Assembly (NCBI GenBank): GCA_965205265.1
Contig: CBDBGH010000003.1
Location: forward strand, 4,416,001 to 4,480,000
Origin: Alphaproteobacteria bacterium
GTDB taxonomy: Bacteria; Pseudomonadota; Alphaproteobacteria; Bin95
Direction: 5' to 3'
DNA: 64,000 bases
Below the pieces are notes generated by a model. That model ran no database searches, was not told the DNA's origin, and saw only the letters and a program-made list of their open reading frames with translations. Position numbers and translations under genes: made by a program. Below, piece by piece: positions 1 through 8,405 of the stretch (position 1 is the first letter of the stretch; every line of letters starts with the position of its first letter).

Positions 1-157
1 TCTCGTGGAAGCTGCCGTCATCGACCAGCGCCGCGATCCGCTCGCGGACATTGAGCCGCCCGCCGTCGCGCTGGCGCCTGACGCGCATCTCGCCGCCGAG
101 CTTGAGCGCGAAGGCTTCGCGGCGGCGCAATTCGTCGAGTTCGGGCTGCCAGTTCAT
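1..157 (-). CDS. acyl-CoA carboxylase beta (carboxyltransferase) subunit, N-terminal part; runs off the window
   Basis: Manual translation from ATG 157: MNWQPELDELRRREAFALKLGGEMRVRRQRDGGRLNVRERIAALVDDGSFHE. The GG..RV.RQ...GRL.VRERI..L.D.GSF.E pattern is typical of the carboxyltransferase N-terminus. Confidence 0.8.
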   Translation of the reverse strand, partial: MNWQPELDELRRREAFALKLGGEMRVRRQRDGGRLNVRERIAALVDDGSFHE

Positions 158-282
158 GGCCGGATTCCTGCTGTTCTTTGTCTCGTTCCGGGCCGGATGC
201 TACCCTGTCCCGCGCTTCGTTGGCGAGGGCGTCCCCGGGGCGTCGTAGAGGCGCAGCATCCTGCCAACCGGGGGCGGCCTCC

Positions 283-1371
283 ATGCGACTTCTCCTCTAC
301 CGGCCCGACCGTGAGCGCCTTGCCGCCGATCTGCGGGCGTTTCCGGGCCTCGATATCGCCGTCATGGACGACGGAAAGGCCGTTTGCGGCGCGGACGGAC
401 GGGCGATCGACCGCCATGCCGTCGCGCCCGAAGCCGCCTATACCTCCAGCGGCCTCTACACGCACGGCCCGGTGCGCGCCTTCTTCGGCGTGCTCCGCCA
501 TGCGGGGACTCTGCGCTGGCTGCAATCCGGCGCCGCAGGCCACGACGCGCCGGTCTTCCCGCTGCTGGCGCGCGGGGGCGCCGTCATCTGCAACAGCGAC
601 GCCGCCGCGCCGGCGGTGGCGGACTATGTGCTGGCCGGCGTCATGGCGGCGTTCCACCGGATGCACGAGCGGCGGGAGCAGCAAAGCGGGCGACTGTGGC
701 GGCGGGTGGAATTCCGGGAGATGGCCGATACGCGCTGGCTGGTGGTTGGCATGGGCCATATCGGCAGGGCGGTAGCGCAGCGCGCGCGAGGCTTCGACGC
801 CCATGTGACGGGCGTGCGCCGACGGCCTGCGGGCGACGAGCCGGCCGACGCCATGATCGGGCCGTCGGCGCTCGCCTCCGCACTGCCGGACTCCGATGTC
901 GTCGTATTGACCGCGCCGCTGACGGAGGAGACGCGCGGCATGGTCGATGCGGCGTTCCTCGACCGAATGAAGGAAGGCTCCATGCTGGTGAATGTCGCGC
1001 GCGGCGGGCTGGTGGACGAGCGCGCGCTCCTGGCTGCGCTCGACCGGGGCCGCCCGGCGCATGCGGTGCTGGACGTATTCGAGGAGGAACCGCTGCCCGC
1101 ATGGAGCCGCTTCTGGTCTCATCCGCGCGTCGCTATGACCGCGCATTGCGCCGGTGCCTCTCCCGGCACTGTCCGGCGCAACGACGCGCTCTTCCTCGAC
1201 AATCTGGAGCGCTTCCTCGCCGGCAGGCCGCTCAGAATGCGGATCGACCCGGCGCTGCTGGCCGGCGGGGCCGGGCAGGAACCGGGCCGCCTTCAGTCCT
1301 CGGTCCAGACGGCGAGCTCGTTGCCGTCGGGATCGGCGAAGTGGAAGCGCCGCCCGCCGGGGAAATCGTAA
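283..1371 (+). CDS. D-2-hydroxyacid dehydrogenase family protein
   Basis: GMGHIG Rossmann motif, VNVARG, LDVF..EPL, TAHCAG. Start placed at ATG 283 (MRLLLY). Confidence 0.85.
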   Translation: MRLLLYRPDRERLAADLRAFPGLDIAVMDDGKAVCGADGRAIDRHAVAPEAAYTSSGLYTHGPVRAFFGVLRHAGTLRWLQSGAAGHDAPVFPLLARGGAVICNSDAAAPAVADYVLAGVMAAFHRMHERREQQSGRLWRRVEFREMADTRWLVVGMGHIGRAVAQRARGFDAHVTGVRRRPAGDEPADAMIGPSALASALPDSDVVVLTAPLTEETRGMVDAAFLDRMKEGSMLVNVARGGLVDERALLAALDRGRPAHAVLDVFEEEPLPAWSRFWSHPRVAMTAHCAGASPGTVRRNDALFLDNLERFLAGRPLRMRIDPALLAGGAGQEPGRLQSSVQTASSLPSGSAKWKRRPPGKS

Positions 1372-1637
1372 GCGGGCTTCACGATCCTGCCGCCGGCCTC
1401 CTCGATGCGCTGCCGGACCGCCTCGAGGTCGTCGGCGTGAAGCACCACCAGCGGACCGCCCGGCGCGGGGCCGCCTTCCAGTGCGTTGAAGCCGCCCTTC
1501 ATGCGCCCGTCGGCGAACTCTGTGTAGCCGGGGCCGAAATCGGTGAAGGTCCAGCCGAAGGCGCGGCCGTAGAACGCCTTCGCCCGGGCGGTGTCGGTCA
1601 CGGCGAGTTCGATATAGTCGATGCGGACTGCCGCCAT
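1293..1637 (-). CDS. VOC/glyoxalase family protein
   Basis: IDYIEL...AKAFYG.AFGW and FPGGRRFHFADPDGNELAVW motifs. Confidence 0.85.
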   Translation of the reverse strand: MAAVRIDYIELAVTDTARAKAFYGRAFGWTFTDFGPGYTEFADGRMKGGFNALEGGPAPGGPLVVLHADDLEAVRQRIEEAGGRIVKPAYDFPGGRRFHFADPDGNELAVWTED

Positions 1638-1641
1638 TCCC

Positions 1642-2991
1642 TCACGCCTCGCGGCGGTCGCCCTCCGGGCGCACCCAGGCCATCAGCACGAGGCCGATGG
1701 CGAGCAGGGCGAGGATCGGCACCACGCCCACGCGCTGGCTGCCGGAGAGGCCCGTCGCCAGCGCCACCAGGAAGGGCGCGATAAAGGAGGTGGCCTTGCC
1801 GGTGAGCGCATAGAGGCCGAAGGCCTCCGCCATGCGCTCCCGGTCCGCCTGGTGGACCAGCATCGTGCGGGACGCCGCCTGCAGCGAGCCCGCCGTCGCG
1901 CCGATGACGGCGCCGCAGACATAGAAGGCGATCATCGGCAGGGAGGAGGGCGCCTCGGCCGTGCCCACGGTGAGGAACAGCACTTCGTGCGGCGCAATGG
2001 TCATGATGGCGGCTGTGGCCACCGTGAGCGCAACGATATTGAACAGGATCACGGGCTTGGGCCCGCGCCGGACGTCCTGAAGCCCGCCGGCCCAGGCCCC
2101 GAAAGCGCCGAAGACGAGGATGACGAGGCCGAACACGCCGATCTCGAACAGCCCCCATCCGAGCACGCCGGAGGCGTAGATGCCGCCGAAGGTCCCGATT
2201 CCCAGTATCGCGTCGCGGTAGAACATGGAGGCGAGCAGATAGGCGAGCAGGCTCGGCCGGGAGGGCAGGCCGGCGAGCGTCTGCTTCAGGTTTTGCAGCC
2301 CTTCCCTGACGACGCGGGCGGTCGCGCCCGCACGCCGCTTCACGTCCGGCGACCAGAGGAAGAAGGGCACCATAAAGACCACATACCAGAGGGCCGAGAA
2401 CGGCCCGGTCGCGCGGGCGCCCTCGCCCTGGGCCGCGTCGAGGCCGAAGACCGGGGCGATGCCGAGCATCGTCCTGTCCGAGCCGGGAGCCGGCGTCATC
2501 AGGCCGAGCACGATGACGAGCGCCAAGAGGCCGCCCCAGTAGCCGAACGCCCAGCCGGAACCCGATATGCGCCCGAGTTCCTCATGCGGGCCGACTTCCG
2601 GCAGGAGCGAGTTGACGAAGACGGTGGCGATCTCCGCCCCGATCAGCGCCACCGCCAGCAGCACGAGGACCGACAGCGGGTCGTCCATCCCCGGTGTGGC
2701 GAGCCAGAGGCCGGTAACGCCGACCAGGTAAATCAGCGAGAACGCCAGTATCCACGGCTTCCTCGGTCCCTGCGCGTCCGCGACCGAACCCAGCACGGGA
2801 GCCGAGAGCGCCATCAGCACCGATCCCGCCGCAATCGCGTAGCCCCATATCTCCTGGCCGACGACCACGTTCTCGGCCACCCGGGAGGCGAAATAGGGGC
2901 CGAACACGAATGTCGTGATGACCGTGTGGAACGGCTGGTTCGCCCAATCGAAGGACATCCAGCCCCAAAGACCCTTGCCTCCGGCTTTCAT
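1642..2991 (-). CDS. MFS transporter (UMF1/ATG22-like)
   Basis: W.SFDWANQPF N-terminus, GRISGSGWAFGY, about 12 hydrophobic segments. Confidence 0.85.
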   Translation of the reverse strand: MKAGGKGLWGWMSFDWANQPFHTVITTFVFGPYFASRVAENVVVGQEIWGYAIAAGSVLMALSAPVLGSVADAQGPRKPWILAFSLIYLVGVTGLWLATPGMDDPLSVLVLLAVALIGAEIATVFVNSLLPEVGPHEELGRISGSGWAFGYWGGLLALVIVLGLMTPAPGSDRTMLGIAPVFGLDAAQGEGARATGPFSALWYVVFMVPFFLWSPDVKRRAGATARVVREGLQNLKQTLAGLPSRPSLLAYLLASMFYRDAILGIGTFGGIYASGVLGWGLFEIGVFGLVILVFGAFGAWAGGLQDVRRGPKPVILFNIVALTVATAAIMTIAPHEVLFLTVGTAEAPSSLPMIAFYVCGAVIGATAGSLQAASRTMLVHQADRERMAEAFGLYALTGKATSFIAPFLVALATGLSGSQRVGVVPILALLAIGLVLMAWVRPEGDRREA

Positions 2992-3076
2992 CGGCGCCTC
3001 CCCGGTTGCGGCCGGGCTTCCGGCCGTCCGGCATTGTAAAACACTGCCGCCAGCGGGTCACATGCGTTCGGGCCCG

Positions 3077-3712
3077 CTATCGGCTTTGCTGCGGCTCGAA
3101 GTCCTTGAGGGCCAGAAGCGCAGCGGCGGCGACCATCAATGTCCCGCACACGCGGTTGAGCAGACGGAATCCATGCGCCCGGATCCGGGTCGCGACCCTT
3201 GCGGACAGCCATCCCCAAGCCAGCAGGATCACGCCATCCGCGATCAGATAGGTACCGCCGAGAACCGAAAGCTGGGGAAGCACGGGAGCGGCGGGATCGA
3301 TGAACTGCGGGAAAAGAGCTGCGAAGAACATCACCGCAAACGGGTTGGCGCTCGACGTTACGAAACCCTGCCTGAACAGCCGCGACGCCGAACCGGCCAC
3401 GTTTGCCGCGGTATTTCCGCTCCGCGATTTCGAGATGAGAAGGCGCAGGCCGATCCAGGCCAGGTAGGCGACGCCCAGCCATTTGACGAGGCGGAACATC
3501 TCGGACGATGCGGCGATCGCAGCCGCGATGCCGAACGCGGCGGCGGTCATCTGGAGCATGTTCGCCGAGAGATCGCCTGCGATGGTCCAGCCCGTTCTCC
3601 GCAATCCGTAGCGGGCGCTGTTGGCGATGACGAGCAGCTGGCTCGTGTCCGGCGGAGTCGCAAAGAACACTGCAAGCGCCGCCAGGTAGAGCAGGTAGGT
3701 CTCCACGGTCAC
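3077..3712 (-). CDS. LysE/RhtB family exporter
   Basis: KWLGVAYLAWIG and FRQGFVTSSANP..FF.ALFPQF motifs. Confidence 0.85.
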   Translation of the reverse strand: MTVETYLLYLAALAVFFATPPDTSQLLVIANSARYGLRRTGWTIAGDLSANMLQMTAAAFGIAAAIAASSEMFRLVKWLGVAYLAWIGLRLLISKSRSGNTAANVAGSASRLFRQGFVTSSANPFAVMFFAALFPQFIDPAAPVLPQLSVLGGTYLIADGVILLAWGWLSARVATRIRAHGFRLLNRVCGTLMVAAAALLALKDFEPQQSR

Positions 3713-3739
3713 GGGCTGCCGCTCATAGCCTGCGAACCG

Positions 3740-4633
3740 TCAATCCTTGCGCGGCCTGGCGCTGTAGTCGCCGAAGGGGGCGTCGCGGGCGGCGGCGGTG
3801 CGGCGCATGCCCTGCTCGGCAAGGCTTTCGGCCCAGCGATAGGCTTCCTCTGTATGCCGCGTCATGCCGTCGAACAGCGTGCCGAGCAGTTGCGTCGTGC
3901 GCAGCCCCATATTCTCGAAGGCCTGGTTGATGAGCAGCTTGTTGAGGGCCAGCTGGTTGGCCGGAATGTGCTCGAAGCGCCTCGCGTGGGCCAAGGCGCG
4001 CTCGTCCAGCTCTTCCGGCGGGCAGACATGCGAGACGAGGCCGATGCGGTGCGCCGTTTCCGCGTCGATGGCGTCGCCGCTCAGCAGGAACTGCTTGGCG
4101 TGTTCGAGCCCGAGGCGATAGACCCAGAGCATCGTCGTGGGCGTGCCGTAGATCCGGGACGGCGCGTAGCCGATATAAGCGTCCTCGGCCATGAACAGCA
4201 GGTCGCAGCAGAGCACGAGGTCCGTGGCGCCCCCGACCGCCCAGCCATGTATCGCGCCCAGCACCGGCTTCGGGCAGTCCCATATCTTCATGAACCGCTC
4301 GACATTGCGCCCCATGCTGCGGTAGTCGCGCACCGGGTCCCAGGCGCCGGGGCGCGGCTCCGGGCGCGGCGCGTTGTAAGGCTGGGACCAGCCGGCCTCC
4401 AGCGAGGCGCCGGTCGCCTCCAGGTCGTAGCCGGCGGTGAACGCCCGCCCCTCGCCGCGCAGCACGACCGCGCGCACGGCGGCCGAGGCGGAGGCGCGGT
4501 CGATGGCGCCGGCCACGCCCTCGACCATCTCCTCGGTCAGCGTGTTCAGCCGTTCGGGGCGGTTGAGCGAGACGACGGCGACGGGGCCCCGCTCCTCATA
4601 GAGGACGACCGGGTCCGCCACGGGCGCTGTCAC
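3740..4633 (-). CDS. enoyl-CoA hydratase/crotonase family protein
   Basis: LNRPERLN, GRAFTAGYDL, KPVLGAIHGWAVGG. The GTG start at 4633 overlaps the upstream TGA (GTGA coupling). Confidence 0.85.
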   Translation of the reverse strand: MTAPVADPVVLYEERGPVAVVSLNRPERLNTLTEEMVEGVAGAIDRASASAAVRAVVLRGEGRAFTAGYDLEATGASLEAGWSQPYNAPRPEPRPGAWDPVRDYRSMGRNVERFMKIWDCPKPVLGAIHGWAVGGATDLVLCCDLLFMAEDAYIGYAPSRIYGTPTTMLWVYRLGLEHAKQFLLSGDAIDAETAHRIGLVSHVCPPEELDERALAHARRFEHIPANQLALNKLLINQAFENMGLRTTQLLGTLFDGMTRHTEEAYRWAESLAEQGMRRTAAARDAPFGDYSARPRKD

Positions 4634-4878
4634 TCCAGGCCCAGCAGCCGGTCGAGGGCCTCGCGGGTGAGCGCGTCGCCGGCGAGGAACGTCCCGTCCA
4701 CCTCTATGGCGGGCGTGCCCCTTATGCGGGCGGCGTCGAGGCGGTCCTGCGCGTCCTCGTCCATCATCAGGTCCCGCCGGGCAAACGCGACGCCGCGCGA
4801 CTCCAGATAGCGCTTCACCTGCTCGCAGGGCGCGCAGAGCGGCGTGGTGTAGAGCGTGACCTCCGGCGCCGCCGTCAT
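4630..4878 (-). CDS. glutaredoxin (NrdH/GrxC-like)
   Basis: LYTTPLCAPC (CxxC) and TPAIEVDG cis-Pro motif; ATG at 4878. Confidence 0.85.
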   Translation of the reverse strand: MTAAPEVTLYTTPLCAPCEQVKRYLESRGVAFARRDLMMDEDAQDRLDAARIRGTPAIEVDGTFLAGDALTREALDRLLGLE

Positions 4879-4883
4879 GGCGC

Positions 4884-5768
4884 TCACACCCTGCCCGCCG
4901 CGCGAAGCTGCCGGTATTCCTCCTTGCGCGCCATCCACTGGGCGTGCGTGGCCTCGTCCTGCCAGGGCTGCTCAGCGGTGAAGACGAGACGCTTCCAATC
5001 CTCGCCGGCGCTCCAGCGGAAGCCGGCCTCGCGCGTGGTGCGCGGCCCCTCGGCGGTTTCCAGCAGGTCGAGCGCCATCTGGAAGATTTGGCGCTGCTGG
5101 GCGGTGTCCCAGGGCTCGCCGCAGGGGCTGCCGAGCGGGAAGTCGGTGAAGACATAGCGGGCGACGCCGCAATGCTCGACAATGTCGCGCGCCGCCCCGA
5201 TCACCACGGTCGGGATGCCCGCCGCCTCGATATGCCTGCTGATCAGACTCACGGTCTGATGGCAGACGGGTCAGACAGGCACCATGAGGAGCGCGTCGAT
5301 GCCGTCCTCGCGGCACCAGGCCAGCGCCTTGGGCGCCTCCTCGGTCATCACCTTGCGCTTGCTGTAGTTGTTGTAGCAGCCGTAGAGCCGGTCCGGCATG
5401 CCCGCGACCCGCCCGTCCGCCACCGCCTCGCGCAGCCGGTCCACCGGGTAGTAGGCGTTCACGTCGTCCAGATGGGTGGCGAAGCGGTCGAAGGACGCGG
5501 TGCGGCTGTAGAGCTTCTCCGTCGGCGTGTCGGCGGAGAAGGAATAGACGCCGCGGAAGTCCTCCTCGACGACGGGGTTCTCCTCCGTCTCCGGGTCGTA
5601 GCGCACCGCGATCTCGCTGGTGCCGATCAGCCCGACGCGGCACTCGACAAGCGGCTTCGCGAGGCGCGCGAACGGCGCCTCCTCGAAATGCGCCCACTCA
5701 TAGGGCTTCTCATAGCCCTGCCGGATATAGTCCTCGCGCGTGCGGTCGATATAGCGCACCGGTTCCAT
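4884..5768 (-). CDS. glycine/sarcosine/betaine reductase selenoprotein B (GrdB/PrdB)-like protein with in-frame UGA (predicted Sec, VPV-U-PVC-HQTVSL)
   Basis: ORFs 5271..5828 and 4884..5252 are in the same frame and joined by TGA at 5273-5271. Read-through gives DALLMVPVUPVCHQTVSLISRHIEAAGIPTV...GVARYVFTDFPLGSPCG, the GrdB-like C-terminal signature. RBS GAAGGAGG precedes ATG 5768. Confidence 0.85.
5236..5265 (-). promoter_or_regulatory. candidate bacterial SECIS hairpin
   Basis: mRNA sense after the UGA: CTGC-C-ATCAGAC-CGTGA-GTCTGAT-CA-GCAG. Perfect 7-bp upper stem; loop G is 19 nt from the UGA. Confidence 0.7.
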
Positions 5769-5869
5769 GCATCCCTCCTTCCGGCCTCGTCCCGCCCGAT
5801 TAGACGCCCCGCGCCGCCCGACGGTCAAGACGGAACGGTCCGGATTGCGTTGACCGGCCGCGACATCCC

Positions 5870-6420
5870 CGGCGCGTCATGTTTCGTCATGCGGCGCCAT
5901 GAGCCTTCCTGGCGATGTGTCATGAAATGTCATGATCCGCATACCGAGGGTTTATATGCCGTAGCCGAATTGGGCATGAAGCCGTCCATTCGGGCAGGGG
6001 TTCCGGGTATTCCATCCGTGTTCCCGGACCTGGTGTTTTCGGCATGTGCCCTTCCTTTCGTTCCGTCTTCGCTCGTTCTGCCCGCCGCCGCGCCGAACGC
6101 GGCGAACACTGCGGATGGCGGCGTTGGCGCCGCCTTGGGCTCGCCGCGTAGCGGGACCCTGTTTCGCGCGTAATCCCGCGCGCGCCTGCGCCCGTGGGCG
6201 CGTGTTACGCGGCGGCGCGGTTCGTGCGCCTGATTGCGCGCGCGAGGCGGCGGACGCACCTTTCCCGTCGACTTCTCGGGTATTTTTTCGCGCCGGTGCG
6301 AAACGGCTCCCAGGACGCCGTTTCATTTCCTGCAAGGTACTGTAGCACAAGATCTGCGAAAATCAATTCATATCCAAGAATTATTACAAATAATTCATGA
6401 ACAATATGCTGGTGACAAAT
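5870..6420 (-). repeat. short copy of the element at ~58480-59740 (promoter, conserved leader, RBS, small ORF, phased CATGAC repeats)
   Basis: The reverse complement of 6200-6250 matches 58649-58701 at 48/51 plus a 2-nt indel. The promoter, GAACG-rich RBS region and CATGACATTTCATGACA end are also shared. Confidence 0.75.
6087..6134 (+). repeat. 48-bp dispersed repeat, copy 1
   Basis: 43/48 identical to the reverse complement of 24682-24729. Confidence 0.85.
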
Positions 6421-6425
6421 CTACG

Positions 6426-8009
6426 CTACGGCGCGGGGAGCAGCACGCCGGGGTTCATGATGCCGGCGGGGTCGAGCGCGGCCTTGGCGCCCTTGAGCGC
6501 GGCGGCGAAGATGTCGGAGCGCTGGCGGGTGTACCAGGGCATGTGGTCCCGCCCGACGGCGTGGTGGTGGGTGATGGTGCCGCCGGCGTCGATGATCGCG
6601 TCCGAAACCGCGTTCTTGACCGTGTCGTATTGGGCCGAAAGCCGGCCCTGCTCGCCGAGGCCGATAAAGGTGAAATAGGGCGCCGGCCCGTCGGGATAGA
6701 CATGGGTGAAACGGCAGGCGACGATTCCCGGACGCCCCGTCGCCTCCTGGAGCGCGCGCGCCGCCGCGCCCCCCACCTCGCGGTGGAAGTCCTCGAACCG
6801 GTCCCAGGTGATCGCAGTCTCGAAGGTCTCGCGGATGATGGCGCGCGCGGTCAGCATCTCGCGCATGTGCCCGCCCTTGATGAAGGCGTCGCGCCAGCGC
6901 GCGGCCGCGTTCCCGCCGCCGCCTCTCTCTTCCGGCAACCGGCCGCCATGGTCCCGGCAGCATTCGAGCGCGCGCGCCATCCAGGCGTCGAGCGCATGGT
7001 CGGCGCTCTCGAAACCCAGCACCAGCACCGCGGCCGAGCCGTCTCCGGCGCCCGACCAGCGCACCTCGTTATGATCCAGCAGGCGCAGATTGGCGGGATA
7101 GAGCCCGGCCTGGGAGATGGCGCGCACGGCCTCCGCCCCGTCCATGAAACGCGCGAACTCGACCGAGTGGCCGGCGCGGAAGCCCGGGCGGTCCTGCAGG
7201 CGCATCCAGGCCTCGGTGACGATGCCGAGTGCGCCCTCGGAGCCGAGGAAGAGCCGGTCGGGGCTCGGGCCCGCGCCGGAGCCGGGCAGGCGGAAGCTGT
7301 CGTGAACGCCCGCCGGCGTCACGGCGCGCACGCTCTCCGTCATGTCGTCGATATGGGTGAGCCCGGTGGCGTAGTGGCCGGCGCCGCGGGTCGCGATCCA
7401 GCCGCCCAGCGTCGAATATTCGAAGCTCTGCGGGTAGTAGCGGAGCGTCAGGCCGTGAGGCCGGAGCTGTTCTTCGAGGTGGGGACCGTACACGCCCGCC
7501 TGTATGCGCGCGGCGCGCGAGGTGCGGTCGATTTCCAGCACCTTGTCCATGGCGCCCATGTCGATGGAGACCGCGCCCTTGAAGCCGCCGCCGACTTGCG
7601 GATGCACCCCGCCCACCACGGAGGAGCCGCCGCCGAAGGGAATGGCCGCCGCGCCCGCCTCCGCGCACCAGTCGAGCAGCGCCGCAACCTCGCCCTCGTC
7701 GCGCGGGCGGGCCACCAGGTCCGGCGCGCCGGCGAAGTCGCGGTCCATGATGCGGACCTGCTCGTGGAACGAACGCCCGAAGGTGTGCACCAGGCGCTCC
7801 CACTTGTCGTCCGTGGTGACGGGCGCAAGCGAGGAAGGCGGCGCCAGGCGCGGCGGGGCGATCTCGATCTCGTCCACGGTCGGGAACGGCCGGGCCTCGA
7901 AGCCGTCAACCCCGAACACCGCGGCATAGTCCGCCTCGAAGGGCTTCATCTCCTCGTCGGTAAAGCCCTCGCCGACCTTGCCCCAACCCCAGAATTTCCG
8001 CCGCGCCAT
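6426..8009 (-). CDS. FAD-binding oxidoreductase (alkyl-DHAP synthase/GlcD-like)
   Basis: PFGGGSSVVGG, YPQSFEYSTLGGWIATR, GSEGALG, GGTITHHHAVG, LDPAGIMNPG; ATG 8009. Confidence 0.85.
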   Translation of the reverse strand: MARRKFWGWGKVGEGFTDEEMKPFEADYAAVFGVDGFEARPFPTVDEIEIAPPRLAPPSSLAPVTTDDKWERLVHTFGRSFHEQVRIMDRDFAGAPDLVARPRDEGEVAALLDWCAEAGAAAIPFGGGSSVVGGVHPQVGGGFKGAVSIDMGAMDKVLEIDRTSRAARIQAGVYGPHLEEQLRPHGLTLRYYPQSFEYSTLGGWIATRGAGHYATGLTHIDDMTESVRAVTPAGVHDSFRLPGSGAGPSPDRLFLGSEGALGIVTEAWMRLQDRPGFRAGHSVEFARFMDGAEAVRAISQAGLYPANLRLLDHNEVRWSGAGDGSAAVLVLGFESADHALDAWMARALECCRDHGGRLPEERGGGGNAAARWRDAFIKGGHMREMLTARAIIRETFETAITWDRFEDFHREVGGAAARALQEATGRPGIVACRFTHVYPDGPAPYFTFIGLGEQGRLSAQYDTVKNAVSDAIIDAGGTITHHHAVGRDHMPWYTRQRSDIFAAALKGAKAALDPAGIMNPGVLLPAP

Positions 8010-8094
8010 CGCCCCGTCTCCCTGTCGCAGGCGGGAATTCTGGCATGCCGGCCGCCGGGGCGGAAGGGGCAACGGCGTATTGCAGTTGTATTCG

Positions 8095-8108
8095 ATATTG
8101 GTCAATAT
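8095..8108. promoter_or_regulatory. palindromic operator candidate upstream of the TA operon
   Basis: ATATTG-GT-CAATAT, about 30 bp upstream of the antitoxin start. Confidence 0.5.
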
Positions 8109-8138
8109 GAGGACAATCATAAGCAGGAGGGCCAGTCC

Positions 8139-8405
8139 ATGGGGCGCGCAATGACGATGACAGTTCGCCTGAGCGGCCCGCTCAGTGATTTCGTTGCGGC
8201 CAATGTCGGCGAGACCGGCGACTATGAGAGCGTCAGCGAGTATGTCCGCGACCTGATACGGCGGGACAAGGCCCGCTCGGAGCAGGAGGCCTTCGACCGC
8301 CTCAAGGCGGAGCTGGAACGCGCCTTCGCGGCACCGGACGATACCTATCGTGAATTGTCCGCCGGCGACATAATTTCGCGAAGCGGGGCGCGGCCCGGCG
8401 CATGA
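8139..8405 (+). CDS. ParD-like ribbon-helix-helix antitoxin (CC2985 type)
   Basis: MTVRLSG...G.YESVSEYVRDLIRRD; RBS AGGAGG; ATGA overlap with the toxin. Confidence 0.85.
   Translation: MGRAMTMTVRLSGPLSDFVAANVGETGDYESVSEYVRDLIRRDKARSEQEAFDRLKAELERAFAAPDDTYRELSAGDIISRSGARPGA

Noticed and set aside
5271-5273. TGA read as a pseudogene-causing nonsense mutation
   Set aside because: It falls exactly at the redox-motif position and is followed by a SECIS-like hairpin, so recoding is more likely.
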